Shown piece by piece: positions 13,304 to 25,303 of a stretch of DNA of 64,000 nt (within the stretch, counting starts at the first letter, position 1; each line of letters begins with the position of its first letter). A program made the translations under genes and the position numbers. The stretch comes from Eledone cirrhosa (lineage: Eukaryota), in contig OZ024742.1 of assembly GCA_964016885.1 (NCBI GenBank), positions 296,732,001 to 296,796,000 of the forward strand, written 5' to 3'. The notes below the pieces were generated by a model. That model was not told the origin of the DNA and did no database searches. It saw nothing but the letters and a program-made list of their open reading frames with translations.

Positions 13304-13487
13304 TGTTTCTACGTTAGGCACAAGGCCAGCAATTACCCAGTGCATTACTGGTACTTTATTTTATCGACCCCGTAAGGATGAAAGGGAAAGTTAACCTCGG
13401 CGGGATTTGAACTCAGTCTGTAAAGGGACGTAACTATGCTGCAAAGCATGGCGTCCGACCCTCTACCGATACTGCCAATCCACCGCC
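13304..13487 (-). mobile_element. Full-length tRNA-derived SINE family A with 13-bp TSD
   Basis: A box TGGCAGTATCGG, B box GAGTTCAAATCC on the minus strand; TSD cttaagaaataat at 13291-13303 and 13488-13500. Confidence 0.92.
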
Positions 13488-14349
13488 CTTAAGAAATAAT
13501 ATGAACATTTAACTCCTATGCTAGCAACATGGCCAAAATCAGATGTGGTTCAATGAAATAAACCACCCATTTTAAAATGAAATATTCCAACATGAATTCA
13601 TATATGAACCATATGTTAAACTACTATCTTAGTAATACAACAATTACTAATTTTAGTAAATGTCTCAGATTTCTTCATTAATTAATTGAAATACAGTGTA
13701 TATCATTAGATATATGATTACAAGAAGGTTACATATATTCCCATTAAGAAATTAGTTTTTGATTAAAAAAAAATGACTCATTTGGATTATTGCAGACCTG
13801 CTAACATCAAAAAGAGAGTATCAGGAAAAGGATTGCCTCAAAACGGGGAGAAATTATGCAAAATAGGGAAATTTTACATAATGAAAGCTATACCCGTTTT
13901 CACAAGAGAAGACATCCCTCACCCACCCAAAAGTGGGTGGGCGATCCCCCTGTTGGAAGGGCAGAGTTGAGAGGTCTGTTATTGAGATAAAACTGGAAAA
14001 TTGGTTAGCTTCTTGGACCTAACAATATCTTTAGAGACCTATTTTCTTGTCTACTGACAGTGCTATTTTAGATACACATTGTAATATGGCTGACAATCAA
14101 GCAGAGGCAATGTAGATTAGAAAGGACATGACAATCTCAAAGGCATTGGTGCATCACTGAAATTCAGACAGTACACTATGTTAAGTGGTTGGTATTAGGA
14201 AGGCCATTCAACCATTGAAACCATATTAAACATTAAACATATGAGTGAGATGTGATCCTCCAACCCTCTTGCCATTCCAGCAGCTAGTTTCAGACTCTGG
14301 AACTAGCTGTTGAAATTGCAAGAGCTCAGCTGTTGTGTCCCAATACATG

Positions 14350-14390
<41 letters not shown>

Positions 14391-14454
14391 TCATCATCAA
14401 CATCAACAACACAAACACACACACGAATATGTATATATATATATATATATACAT

Positions 14455-14604
14455 AGGAAGGACATCCAGCCATAGAAATCTAGCCAGAAACAGTCCTACA
14501 TGAGCAAGAAATTGTCACCTGACCCAACTTGCCTCTAATGGGACAACTCGTCTTACCCATGCTAGTATGGGAAATGGATGTTAAATGATGATGATGATGA
14601 TGAT
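14455..14604 (+). mobile_element. Short RTE/SINE 3' end with (GAT)n tail immediately upstream of the next LINE
   Basis: aggaagggacatccagcc...acccatgctagtatgggaaatggatgttaaatgatgatgat, preceded by (TA)n. Confidence 0.7.
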
Positions 14605-14609
14605 ATATG

Positions 14610-15992
14610 TAGCGTACAGGTTGGGGTCCACCAGGGCTCTGTTCTTAGCCCTCTCCTGTTCATCATAGTCCTGCAGGCAATAACGGAGGAGTTTAAGACC
14701 GGATGCCCATGGGAAATCCTGTATGCTGATGACCTCGCACTCATAGCTGAATCTATGGTAGAACTAGAGAAGAAATTCCAAACCTGGAAGCAGGGGCTAG
14801 AGAGAAAGGGTCTCAAAGTCAACATGACAAAGACTAAGGTCCTTGTAAGTAGACGAGAAAACAGAACCCAGATCCCCTCAGGGAAATGGCCTTGCTCAGT
14901 ATGTAGGAAAGGTGTAGGTAGGAACTCCATTCTCTGCCCCAAATGCAAACAATGGGTACACAAGAGATGTAGCGGGATCTCAGGAAGCTTAATTAAGAAT
15001 GTAGGATTCACATGCAGCAGCTGTGCTGAAACAGCAAGCAGCAAACAGCCACAGGAAACAAGTACCACCAATCTCTGGGAGGGCCCTGTAGAAACAGTAG
15101 ACAGCTTGTGCTACCTAGGTGACCGAATGAGCAACGGAGGTGGGTGTTCAGAAAGTACAATAACTAGGGTAAGAACGGGATGGAAGAAGTTTAGGGAACT
15201 ACTACCACTGCTAGCTGCAAAAGGCTTCTCCCTCAGAATGAAAGGCAGACTGTATGATGCGTGTATCCGAACAGCGATGTTGCATGGTAGTGAGACCAGG
15301 GCGCTGAAGGTGGAAGACTTACGTAGATTAGAGAGAAACGAAGCCTGCATGCTCCGATGGATGTGTAACAGTAATATATGTGAACGACAAAGCATAAATG
15401 AATTGAGAGAGAGACTGAGCATAAGAGGAATCAAATGCTGTGTGCAGGAGAGGCGGTTGCGCTGGTATGGACATATGATGCGTATGAAGGATGACAGCTG
15501 CATAAAAAGGTGCAGAGCACTAGAAGTTGATGGAAACCACCGAGTGGGGAGACCCAAGATGACCTGGGATGAGGTGATAAAAGCCGACCTTACCCAACTA
15601 CACCTCTCAAAGACAATGACACATGACCGTGACTTCTGGCGTCACGCAGTAATACAGAGTACCCGACCTCCCATGGGTACATGCTGAAGCATATAAACAA
15701 TATGCCCCACACCCCCCACCGCAAGGTGGTCGTGGAGGTGCCACGGCAAAAAAGCACCCAGCCCACACTGTAAAGTGGACGTGTAGGCGCCACGGAAAAA
15801 AGCACCCAGCACTCACTGTAAATGAGGTTGGTGTTAGGAAGGGCATCCAGCTGTAGAAATCAAGCCAGATCAGTTCCTGTATGAGCAAGGCATGGTCAGC
15901 CGACCAGACACTGCACACAACAGGACAACCCGTCTAACCCATGCTAGCATGGAAGAACGGACGTAAAACGGTGATGATGATGATGATGATGA
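14610..15992 (+). mobile_element. 5'-truncated RTE LINE (RT with PHD-type finger), copy 1
   Basis: Open frame to 15687: GVHQGSVLSPLLF, YADD, KVNMTKTK, C4HC3 finger, CYLG, RLRWYGH, GRPK.TW; 3' UTR and (GAT)n tail. Confidence 0.95.
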
Positions 15993-16443
15993 ATCTCTTG
16001 GACTCTTATGAAGCACTGAGGGGATAAATTTAATATAAAGAGTGGTGTGGTCATAAGCTGAGATGCTACAAAATAGCATATTAAAGAGGGTGAACTTAAA
16101 GATGGATAAAGAAGTTGCCTTGGCTGCTTGCAAATTCTTTTTCCATCTTTAAGTGACTTCACCCAATTTTATAAGATATTTCATAGCATTTCTATATGTC
16201 AGCACATCAGTTGTTTTATATACATGTGTATGTGTGTGCATGTAGTCGTCAGAAGTTTCCATTCACACAAATAACTAAGTAAAACAAATTATAGTTTAAG
16301 TGTAAATGTAGGGACTAAAATCCAATGGAAATGACACATTGAAAAGCTGATCATATAAAATGAATCTGAAAGGAAAAAATAAAAGTTTCTGATGCATTGA
16401 AACACGTAAGGAGCATTGAAAACCATTCCATTTTCCATGTTAT

Positions 16444-16481
<38 letters not shown>

Positions 16482-16589
16482 AGCCACATGTGTCTACAAC
16501 TTCGATTTGTATATATATATGTAAAAGGTAAATAGAAATAACAACACAATCGGTACAGTATATGGAAGGAATATATTAGGTTAACGCCT

Positions 16590-17320
16590 GAAATAACAGG
16601 AGGAGGGTCTTAACAACTGCATACCAGGAGGTTGTGGATGTTACAGGCGTGCTTAAATGCAGTAATAGATGGGATAAGAAAAAAGCGAGAAGTAATGGGG
16701 TCAGAAGAGAGGGTGCGGAAGGAACGGAGGATATGTCACCGGAGAGATAGGGTTGAGGAGGTGGTAGGTGATAGGGAAAGGAAGGCAGGCATTGGGAGGC
16801 GCTGGTGAGTTGAGAGGACTGTGGTACACTTAGTTTCACTGGCATGGGTGAGAGCAGCTTGGATCAGGGTGGGGGGGGGGGGGGGATATCCATGAAGCAG
16901 GAGGCCATGTGAAGGGAATGGGTTTCAAAATCATGGTCCTGGCTACATAGCCGACAAAGACGGAGGAATAGGGAGTAGGGTATGGAGAGTTTGGTGTGGG
17001 TTGGATGGGAGGAGGTGAAGTCAAGAGTGGGAGTCAGTTGGTTTATAGAAGATGGAAGTAGAGAGGGTGTGGTTAGAGTGATCGATAGATAGAGAGATAT
17101 CAAGAAAAGGGACAGAAGAATCGGCAGTGGTGAAGGTGAGAGTGTGATGAAAAGATTGAACAAAATATAGGAAGCAGTCGAGCTGTTCACGTGATAGGGA
17201 GGTGGCATTGATACAGTTGTTGATATAACGACAGTATAGCTCAGGAGTGGGACCAGCATACTGGGAGAAGATCTGGGCTTTGACATAGCAAACAAACAAG
17301 TTGGCATAGTTTAGGCCCAT
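16590..17320 (-). mobile_element. Penelope-like (Neptune-like) retroelement RT/thumb fragment, pseudogenised
   Basis: [10 protein letters not shown]...RYINN (from RYIDD)...FLDISL...YKPTDSHS...SSHP...SIPYSLFLRLCRLCS; an inverted partial copy lies at ~17564-17680 across a (TA)n tract. Confidence 0.85.
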
Positions 17321-17337
17321 ATGGGTTTATGTGTGTT

Positions 17338-17339
<2 letters not shown>

Positions 17340-17429
<90 letters not shown>

Positions 17430-17469
17430 TATATATATATATATACACATATACACACATAACGCACAT

Positions 17470-17521
<52 letters not shown>

Positions 17522-17565
17522 CACACACGCATGCACACATATATATACACACATATATACACATA
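17340..17565. repeat. (TA)n / (TACA)n compound microsatellite
   Basis: Direct read; similar tracts near 14360, 17680, 17995-18085, 20100-20190, 21660, 33865, 40160, 54390. Confidence 0.95.
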
Positions 17566-17675
17566 CCCTAATCCCAATTCCTCCGTCTTTGTCAGCTCTG
17601 TAGCTAGGACCATGATTTTGAAACCCATTCCTTTCACATGGCCTCCTGCTTCATCCAGAGTGAATATCGCCCAAC

Positions 17676-17714
<39 letters not shown>

Positions 17715-17991
17715 ATCATCATTTCATTTCATTTCATTTTACGTCCGCTTTTCCCTGCTTGCAAGGGTGGGACGGGAACTGATTCTGGCTTGATTTCTAC
17801 AGCTGGATGCCCTTCCTAACACCAACCTCATTTACAGTGAGTGCTGGGTGCTTTTTTGCCGTGGCACCTCCACGACCACTTTGTAGTGGAATGATATGGA
17901 CCTCAGTCCCTATCATCTCATTTCTACAGCTGAGTAAACTGGAGCAATGTGAAATAAAGTGTCTTGCTCAAGGAAACAACACATCACCCCG

Positions 17992-18045
<54 letters not shown>

Positions 18046-18084
18046 TATAGATACATATATATATGATACATATACATATATATA

Positions 18085-19628
18085 TACTTGGCATTTGTCG
18101 ACCTTGAGAAAGCCTTTGACAGAGTTCCACGTGCAGTAATCTGGTGGGCTCTTAGAAAACTAGGAGTAGATGAATGGCTTGTGAAAGCGGTACAAGCCAT
18201 GTATAGGGGAGCAGTCAGCAAAGTTAGGATTGGCAATGAGTATAGCGAGGAATTTAGCGTACAGGTTGGGGTCCACCAGGGCTCTGTTCTTAGCCCTCTC
18301 CTGTTCATCATAGTCCTGCAGGCAATAACGGAGGAGTTTAAGACCGGATGCCCATGGGAACTCCTGTATGCTGATGACCTCGCACTCATAGCTGAATCTA
18401 TGGTAGAACTAGAGAATAAATTCCAAACCTGGAAGCAGGGACTAGAGAGAAAGGGCCTCAAAGTCAACATGACAAAGACTAAGGTCCTTATAAGTAGACG
18501 AGAAAACAGAACCCAGATCCCCTCAGGGAAATGGCCTTGCTCAGTATGTAGGAAAGGTGTAGGTAGGAACTCCATCCTTTGCCCCAAATGCAAACAATGG
18601 GTACACAAGAGATGTAGCGGGATCTCAGGAAGCTTAATTAAGAATGTAGGATTCACATGCAGCAGCTGTGCTGAAACAGCAAGCAAACAGCCACAGGAAA
18701 CAAGTACCACCAATCTCTGGGAGGGCCCTGTAGAAACAGTAGACAGCTTCTGCTACCTAGGTGACCGAATTAGCAACGGAGGTGGGTGCTCAGAAAGTAC
18801 AATAACTAGGGTAAGAACGGGATGGAAGAAGTTTAGGGAACTACTACCACTGCTAGCTGCAAAAGGCTTCTCCCTCAGAATGAAAGGCAGACTGTATGAT
18901 GCGTGTATCCGAACAGCGATGTTGCATGGTAGTGAGACCTGGGCGCTGAAGGTGGAAGACTTACGTAGATTAGAGAGAAACGAAGCCTGCATGCTCCGAT
19001 GGATGTGTAACAGTAATATACGTGAACGACAAAGCATAAATGAATTGAGAGAGAGACTGAGCATAAGAGGAATCAAATGCTGCGTGCAGGAGAGGCGGTT
19101 ACGCTGGTATGGACATGTGATGCGTATGAAGGATGACAGCTGCATAAAAAGGTGCAGAGCACTAGAAGTTGATGGAAACCGCGGAGTGGGGAGACCCAAG
19201 ATGACTTGGGATGAGGTGATAAAAGCCGACCTTACCCAACTACACCTCTCAAAGTCAATGACACACGACCGTGACTTCTGGCGTCACGCAGTAATACAGG
19301 GTACCCGACCTCCCATGGGTACATGCTGAAGCATATAAACAATATGCCCCCCCCCCCACCGCAAGGTGGTCGTGGAGGTGCCACGGCAAAAAAGCACCCA
19401 GCCCACACTGTAAAGTGGACGTGTAGGCGCCACGAAAAAGCACCCAGCACTCACTGTAAATGAGGTTGGTGTTAGGAAGGGCATCCAGCTGTAGAAATCA
19501 AGCCAGATCAGTTCCTGTATGAGCAAGGCATGGTCAGCCGACCAGACACTGCCCACAACAGGACAACCCGTCTAACCCATGCTAGCGTGGAAGAACGGAC
19601 GTAAAACGGTGATGATGATGATGATGAT
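18085..19628 (+). mobile_element. 5'-truncated RTE LINE (RT with PHD-type finger), copy 2
   Basis: Uninterrupted 413-codon frame AFVDLEKAFDRV...QGSVLSP...YADD...finger...FCYLG...; 3' UTR and (GAT)n tail; 5' end abuts (TA)n. Confidence 0.95.
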
Positions 19629-20190
19629 ATATATACATTTATTTAATATAGAAATTGCTTCTACAGAACTAGAACTGTTTTATTCAAAAGAAATCATCAT
19701 ATGATATACTTATATACATACATTAATACACTTTACCAATGTTATCATACTCATTATAATCCTCTCTAGTGTTGGTAACATTAAAAATGCACCCTGTACA
19801 CTCTGTAAAGTGGTTGGTCATAGGGAGGGCACCCTACATATAGAAAACCTACCAAGTAATAGGTAGAGAGGTCCTTTCAGGTCTGTTGAAGACATGCTAA
19901 AATACCCTTGTATTGGTGCCATGATTGCACACCATTTTTCTGACTCTCAGGAATGTGGGAACATATGTAAATGGGTTAGATCTCGGCCTATCAAATACAT
20001 TAGTGGCTTCAATTAACTACTGAATGGATTTCAGATGATTCCTCCAACCTTTGTTATCAAAGGTAATGCTGTTGGTCATGACACACACACACACACACTA
20101 TATATATATTTATATATATATATATTTATATATATATATATATATGTATATATATGTATATATATATGTTTATATATATATATATATATA

Positions 20191-20540
20191 TTGTTGTACT
20201 TTGGGAGCGTCATGTTGCCAATAAGAAACACACGCACCAGTGGTCACACTCCAATTTATTATAAATTAAATTTATGAATTTAAGAATTCCCAGTCACTGA
20301 AGAGGTCACAGAATGTGTGACGAAAGAACTTTGACAATATATGAACAACCGTCCGGTTATGAAACCAATCAACCAACCAACCAACCGGAAATTTATAAAT
20401 TCTTAAATTTATAATAAATTGGAGTGAAAGCAACTGGTGTGTGTGTTTCTTATTGGCAACATGACCCTCCCAAAGTATAACAATATCGGTTTCAACACAC
20501 CTTTTCAGATAAAGAATCTTGCTAAACAAATTCAGAAACG

Positions 20541-20543
<3 letters not shown>
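20191..20543. mobile_element. Second copy of the palindromic hammerhead family, flanked by (TA)n on both sides
   Basis: Arms homologous to 7006-7504; hammerhead at 20293-20335. Confidence 0.8.
20293..20335 (+). ncRNA. Minimal type I hammerhead ribozyme motif
   Basis: GTCA-CTGAAGA-G-GTCACA(gaatg)TGTGAC-GAAA-GAAC-TT-TGAC; core intact, stem III A-U plus G-C. Confidence 0.75.
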
Positions 20544-20571
<28 letters not shown>

Positions 20572-20572
20572 T

Positions 20573-20962
20573 AAGGCAGCTGGGCCTTCGGTGATAGTTG
20601 CTGAAATGCTGAAAGGATCTGAAATGGTGGGACACACTATGGTCACCCGGATAGTAAACCAAGTCATACAGAACAGGGTCATACCAAATGATTGGCGTAG
20701 CAGCATCATAATTAACTGCTACAAGGGTAAAGGAGATGCCCTACATAGGGGAAACTATAGAGGCATTAAATTAATTGACCAGGTCATGAAGGTCACAGAA
20801 AAAGTTATAGCGCAACTAATCAGAGAGCAAATTGATCTAGACGAAATGCAGTTTGGGTTTGAGTCAGGTAAAAGTACCACAGACGCCCTTTTCCTTGTAT
20901 GACAACTACAGGAGAAGTACATAGCTAAAAGTAAACCCCTATACTTAGCTTTTGTTGACTTA
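20573..20962 (+). mobile_element. RTE LINE internal RT fragment
   Basis: KAAGPS.IVAEMLK...IPNDWRSSIIINCYKGKGDAL.RGNYRGIKL...QFGF..GKSTTDALF...LAFVDL, truncated at both ends. Confidence 0.9.
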
Positions 20963-20967
20963 TTAGC

Positions 20968-21493
20968 CGGTAAACCCATACGTACATATATATATATATG
21001 TGTGCATGTATGTATGTATATACATACTACTGTACGTCTGTATACATATATGTATGTATGTATACATACTTATATTTAAATATCATCCATACTACGAGTG
21101 AGAAATGAAATTTCATTATTTCCATTTATCGTTTTCGGTACGCACGGTCGACTAACTCACTCGATATGCAAATTAGGCTGCTCAGCCGTTAATATGCATA
21201 AGGAAAGTATATACTTTCAAACGTTCAATCAACTGACAGGAAGGTATACTGTGCTGATGACAGCTAATAAGCTAGAAACTAGTTCATCGTTCCTTTGTCA
21301 GTGTTGAACAAAATGGCAATGATGGTTGCCAAACACTGTACGGCTAATAATTCGGTCTGTTTGTTTACAAACAAACCAAGCATTATAATAAATGTTCGGT
21401 AAACCCATATGTACATATATATATGTGTGCATGTATGTATATACATACCACTGTACGTCTGTATACATATATGTATGTACGTATACATACTTA

Positions 21494-21498
<5 letters not shown>
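20968..21498 (+). mobile_element. ~430-bp unit plus ~100-bp terminal direct repeat carrying a hammerhead (retrozyme / Penelope pLTR-like)
   Basis: cggtaaacccata.gtacatatat...ctgtacgtctgtatacata...catacttatattta occurs at 20968-21078 and 21397-21498; hammerhead lies between them. Confidence 0.7.
21248..21290 (+). ncRNA. Minimal type I hammerhead ribozyme motif with palindromic stem III
   Basis: ACtGTG-CTGATGA-c-AGCT(aata)AGCT-a-GAAA-CTAG-TT-CATcGT; AACTAGTT is a palindrome, as in dimer-active Penelope hammerheads; C/A mismatch at the base of stem II. Confidence 0.78.
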
Positions 21499-21530
<32 letters not shown>

Positions 21531-21653
21531 GAGAGTCAGAGTCTGGTGGCTATAATTACACTTTATTATCCCAAATATTGAGTACTTTGCTGAATTAATG
21601 TCATACCTGTTTAAACCAGTATAATTCTGATCTCCCCCCTCGCCCTTTTTTTT

Positions 21654-21708
<55 letters not shown>

Positions 21709-22094
21709 TGTCTCACTGAATATAATAAGTTGTGTGCAGAAATTGCATGTTAGTATTATATTCTTCATTTAGAGAACCTTCAAATATAAACCAGAAGCTT
21801 TAAAACTCTTCTACATCAACATTATTGAGGAAAAAACAATATATCAATTGTTTTAAAGGAAATACTGTACACCATAATTTTAATGCTTAGAAACCATTAA
21901 TAAGGTTGCAGCTTTCAATAAATCATGTCTCAGTGCTGCTTATAACCTTAATATCTTGCTTATATCATGAAAGGTTTTCAGAGAAAAATGAATTATGCTA
22001 ACATTTAATTTTGAATGGGTTAGAAAGACAAAGTTTCTCCTGCTACGATGATCTTGCCTTTTATCTAAGCATAGTTTATCTATGACTACATTAA

Positions 22095-22321
22095 CCCTTT
22101 TGCATTTATATAACTCTATATATACTATTATACTATTGTATTTTGTGGTAGAGGCTTTATCTTACATAATTATCTCACATAATATCCATTCTATGAGATT
22201 TTGATGCTATTTATTTTGAGAACAATACTTTAACGTCAGTATGCAAGGCCAGTTATAGCCAGTTCGAACAGAAAAAGAGAAAGAATTCTGGTTGGATATG
22301 GCTGGTTTAAATGCTAAAGGG
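22095..22321. mobile_element. piggyBac-type MITE
   Basis: TTAA on both sides (22091-22094, 22322-22325) and TIRs cccttttgcattta / taaatgctaaaggg. Confidence 0.8.
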
Positions 22322-25272
22322 TTAATTTGAATGAAAAACTTAGAAGGGCTGGTGTTTACAGAATAACTTATCAAAAGTTCTTACATACAATTTTGATGGA
22401 AACACTTTTAGATAAATATAAGCATGTTAGGATAAACAATGTAGATCCTGAGGTTTTCAGGCAGTTTGGTATCAATATGTTTCAGAGAGTAGAGTGTGAT
22501 TTCAAAATGATTTAGCTACTATTTATAGGTCAAACAGCTATGTTGATGGCAACTCATTGGCTCAGCTTCATGGCTTGTAAGTCTCAGATGTGAAAAGTTT
22601 AAAAATGTTGTCTGACATATGACTTTCACTTCATAATGTAATATAGCAGTCTACACTTGAGAGAGAATGGTTTGTTACATTGATTGTTTATTACTTAAAA
22701 TGTTAAAAGTGAAGAGATATTACTTAATCTAATTTAAGAACATTTAACATCTTTCCAGACTAATTATAAATAAGTAAACTGATGCTAAGAACCTTGCCAA
22801 TAATCTAAAATAGACTCTGGAAAAGTTTGATAAGTTATCGTTCATAATTTTTAAAATGAAAAATGCATTGAAACTTGATGGCTTTGGAATAACTTTAGAG
22901 AATATTAGAGAGAAATTTCATATGCTGTGAAATATGAGCACATAGTGGTTGTTATGACATTTGATACACTATGGGCAAGTATAAGCGTCTGAAGATAGAT
23001 CATAATTTTGATGCCTCTTTTAATCTGGAGGTGTGGCCAATATTGGTCCTTGCAATCTTGAGAAGTACTTTTGTTCCATGTATGAACATAAATAAATAAT
23101 ATAATTCTGCTCTCTTCCCAATTGAGCACTACATACTAGATATTTTCTGAATAAATGATGGTATAGGATTTGATATACAAATCTGATATGATGTGTAGCT
23201 TTTAAAGAGTAAACATTCTTGTGAGAGTCAAAATATTAAAGTAAACTCTTACTGTCTTGAACTGCATGAAACCGTAGTAGAAAATATTTCTGAAAAGTAT
23301 AAATCAATACCACAACTGCATTACTTGCAGATTTCCACAGCAATCTTTCCACTATAAATATTTGAAAGAACAAACCAGTTTTTCAGTATTTTCAGCTAAA
23401 TCATGACAGGATGTTGAGGGTTAAAATATAATTCCTTCCTCAAAGCCTGTGGCTCATAAAGCCAGAAGGGGCCAGGATGATGCTAGTTCACTGCAGGATT
23501 ACCTCCCAGCTTCCACTGGGTCTTATTGTTTCAGCTGACTAAACTGGAGAAATGTGAAACGATATGTCTCTCTCAAAGACACAATGTCTGGGAATTAAAA
23601 TGACAACCTTATGACTATCATCCCAGCACTATAACCACTAGGTCAAATATCTTCAGAGGGTTACTATCAGTTTATTATAGCAAATCACTTGGGGATGATC
23701 TTATTCTAAGTTTTCTATCATAAAAAAATAATCTATTTTAATCTACATTTACAGAATCAATTTAAATTTACCAATAGGTATAGAGGAAATTAACTGTGTT
23801 GTCAATATGTTTAACCATAGATGGAAATTACAGCATTATTCTAGTTAGTATGGAATGACAAAAAGGTCAGAATATCAAATTAAATATTTTGTGCTCTTTA
23901 GTTACGTCCGTTTATATTATAAGTTCAAATCCCACAAGAATATAATTTCATTATTCCAGGGTAGTTAGCAAGGTGCCTGTTAAGAAGAGTGGTTCTTTCA
24001 AATCAACAGTGCTCTTATAAAGTTATGCTAAATTTTAAAATCAGTATTAATATTGTATGACCAAGGAAAATAAATAAGATTTTCTTGTTAACTTTAAATG
24101 CCTTTAACTTAGACTGAGATTAAAAATTTACATTAAAAAAATAATAGAGGAAACAAACAAAAAAAGGGAAAAAATAAAGGTGGGAGAAGACATACACACT
24201 CAATAACATGTCACAACAGGTGTGCTGGAGTTTCCCTCTAATAACATTTAAGTCAAATCAAAACACTCATGACATAGCCATGTTAATAGAAATGGCAATA
24301 ATGCTGGAATAACCAAGTACTCTCACAAGCATCGTCTAATACACTGGTAAGGTGAGCTGCCAACACTGACAAGAAGCTTATTGTCAGTGGGCCAGCTCTC
24401 ACAAACATCAAACATCAGACTGAAAAAATAATTTTATTCAATTTGGCCATGGCTGTGATGACCTTCAACCTCACTGCCACATCCAGAATGTGGGAAGTAG
24501 TAAAGGCATCCTAAATGTAACCTCCATACCAAATCTTATACCATCTTAATTTTTTAAATATCTACTGTATTCAGACTTTTGGTATATTTTTTACTATGTT
24601 TCATCGAAATTGGTATTGTCAGATTTTTATGTATTTTCGCAGTTTAGAAAGTAACGTGTGTTCTATATATCATATACTTATGATAGTTTATATATTATAA
24701 ATTAGAATGATTTATATGTTATGCAGAGCCAGATTTAGACCTTATTGGGCTCAAGGCACTTCATGTTTAGTAGCCTCCTACATAACAACAAGATAACATG
24801 ACATGCTTCTACATTACATACCCCTTGAACAAGGCCCTGGTTTTCATTTTCTCTCCATCATCCTCTCTCATGTATTTTTTGGTTTTCCATTTCCTCTACC
24901 TACCACATTCATTTTCATCATTCTTCTCACTCAGTCACTTTCATCCTTCCTCAACACAAGACTCAACCATCCCAATCAATTTACCTTCACAACATTCATC
25001 ACTGGTTCTATTCCTTTCATCCTCTGCAATTCATTGTTTGTCTTCCTCTCTCTGAGCAATATTTCACTCCTCCATTGAACTGGTCTCATTTCTACTCTTT
25101 CTGTCCCTCTCTGCTGCTTCACATTCATCACCCATGTCTAATTCACATTAACCATGGCACTTATCACACTTGCAGCATACACCTTTACCTTCAAGTTCAA
25201 TGACACAGCTCTCCTAACACATCACCCAGTTCTCAGAACGTCTTCCAATTTTTCTGTAGGGGCCCCTCATAC

Positions 25273-25273
<1 letters not shown>

Positions 25274-25303
<30 letters not shown>

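Noticed and set aside
13304-13487. tRNA gene (A and B boxes)
   Set aside because: No cloverleaf, extended spacing, multi-copy with TSDs: SINE head.
17311-17782. ORFs of poly-(YI) or poly-(CV), and poly-Met/Ser ORFs at 6013-6298
   Set aside because: Translations of microsatellites.
17913-18713. Long antisense ORFs over RTE copies (MVVLVSCGC...)
   Set aside because: Shadow frames of the RT; lengths follow truncation points and no independent motif is visible.
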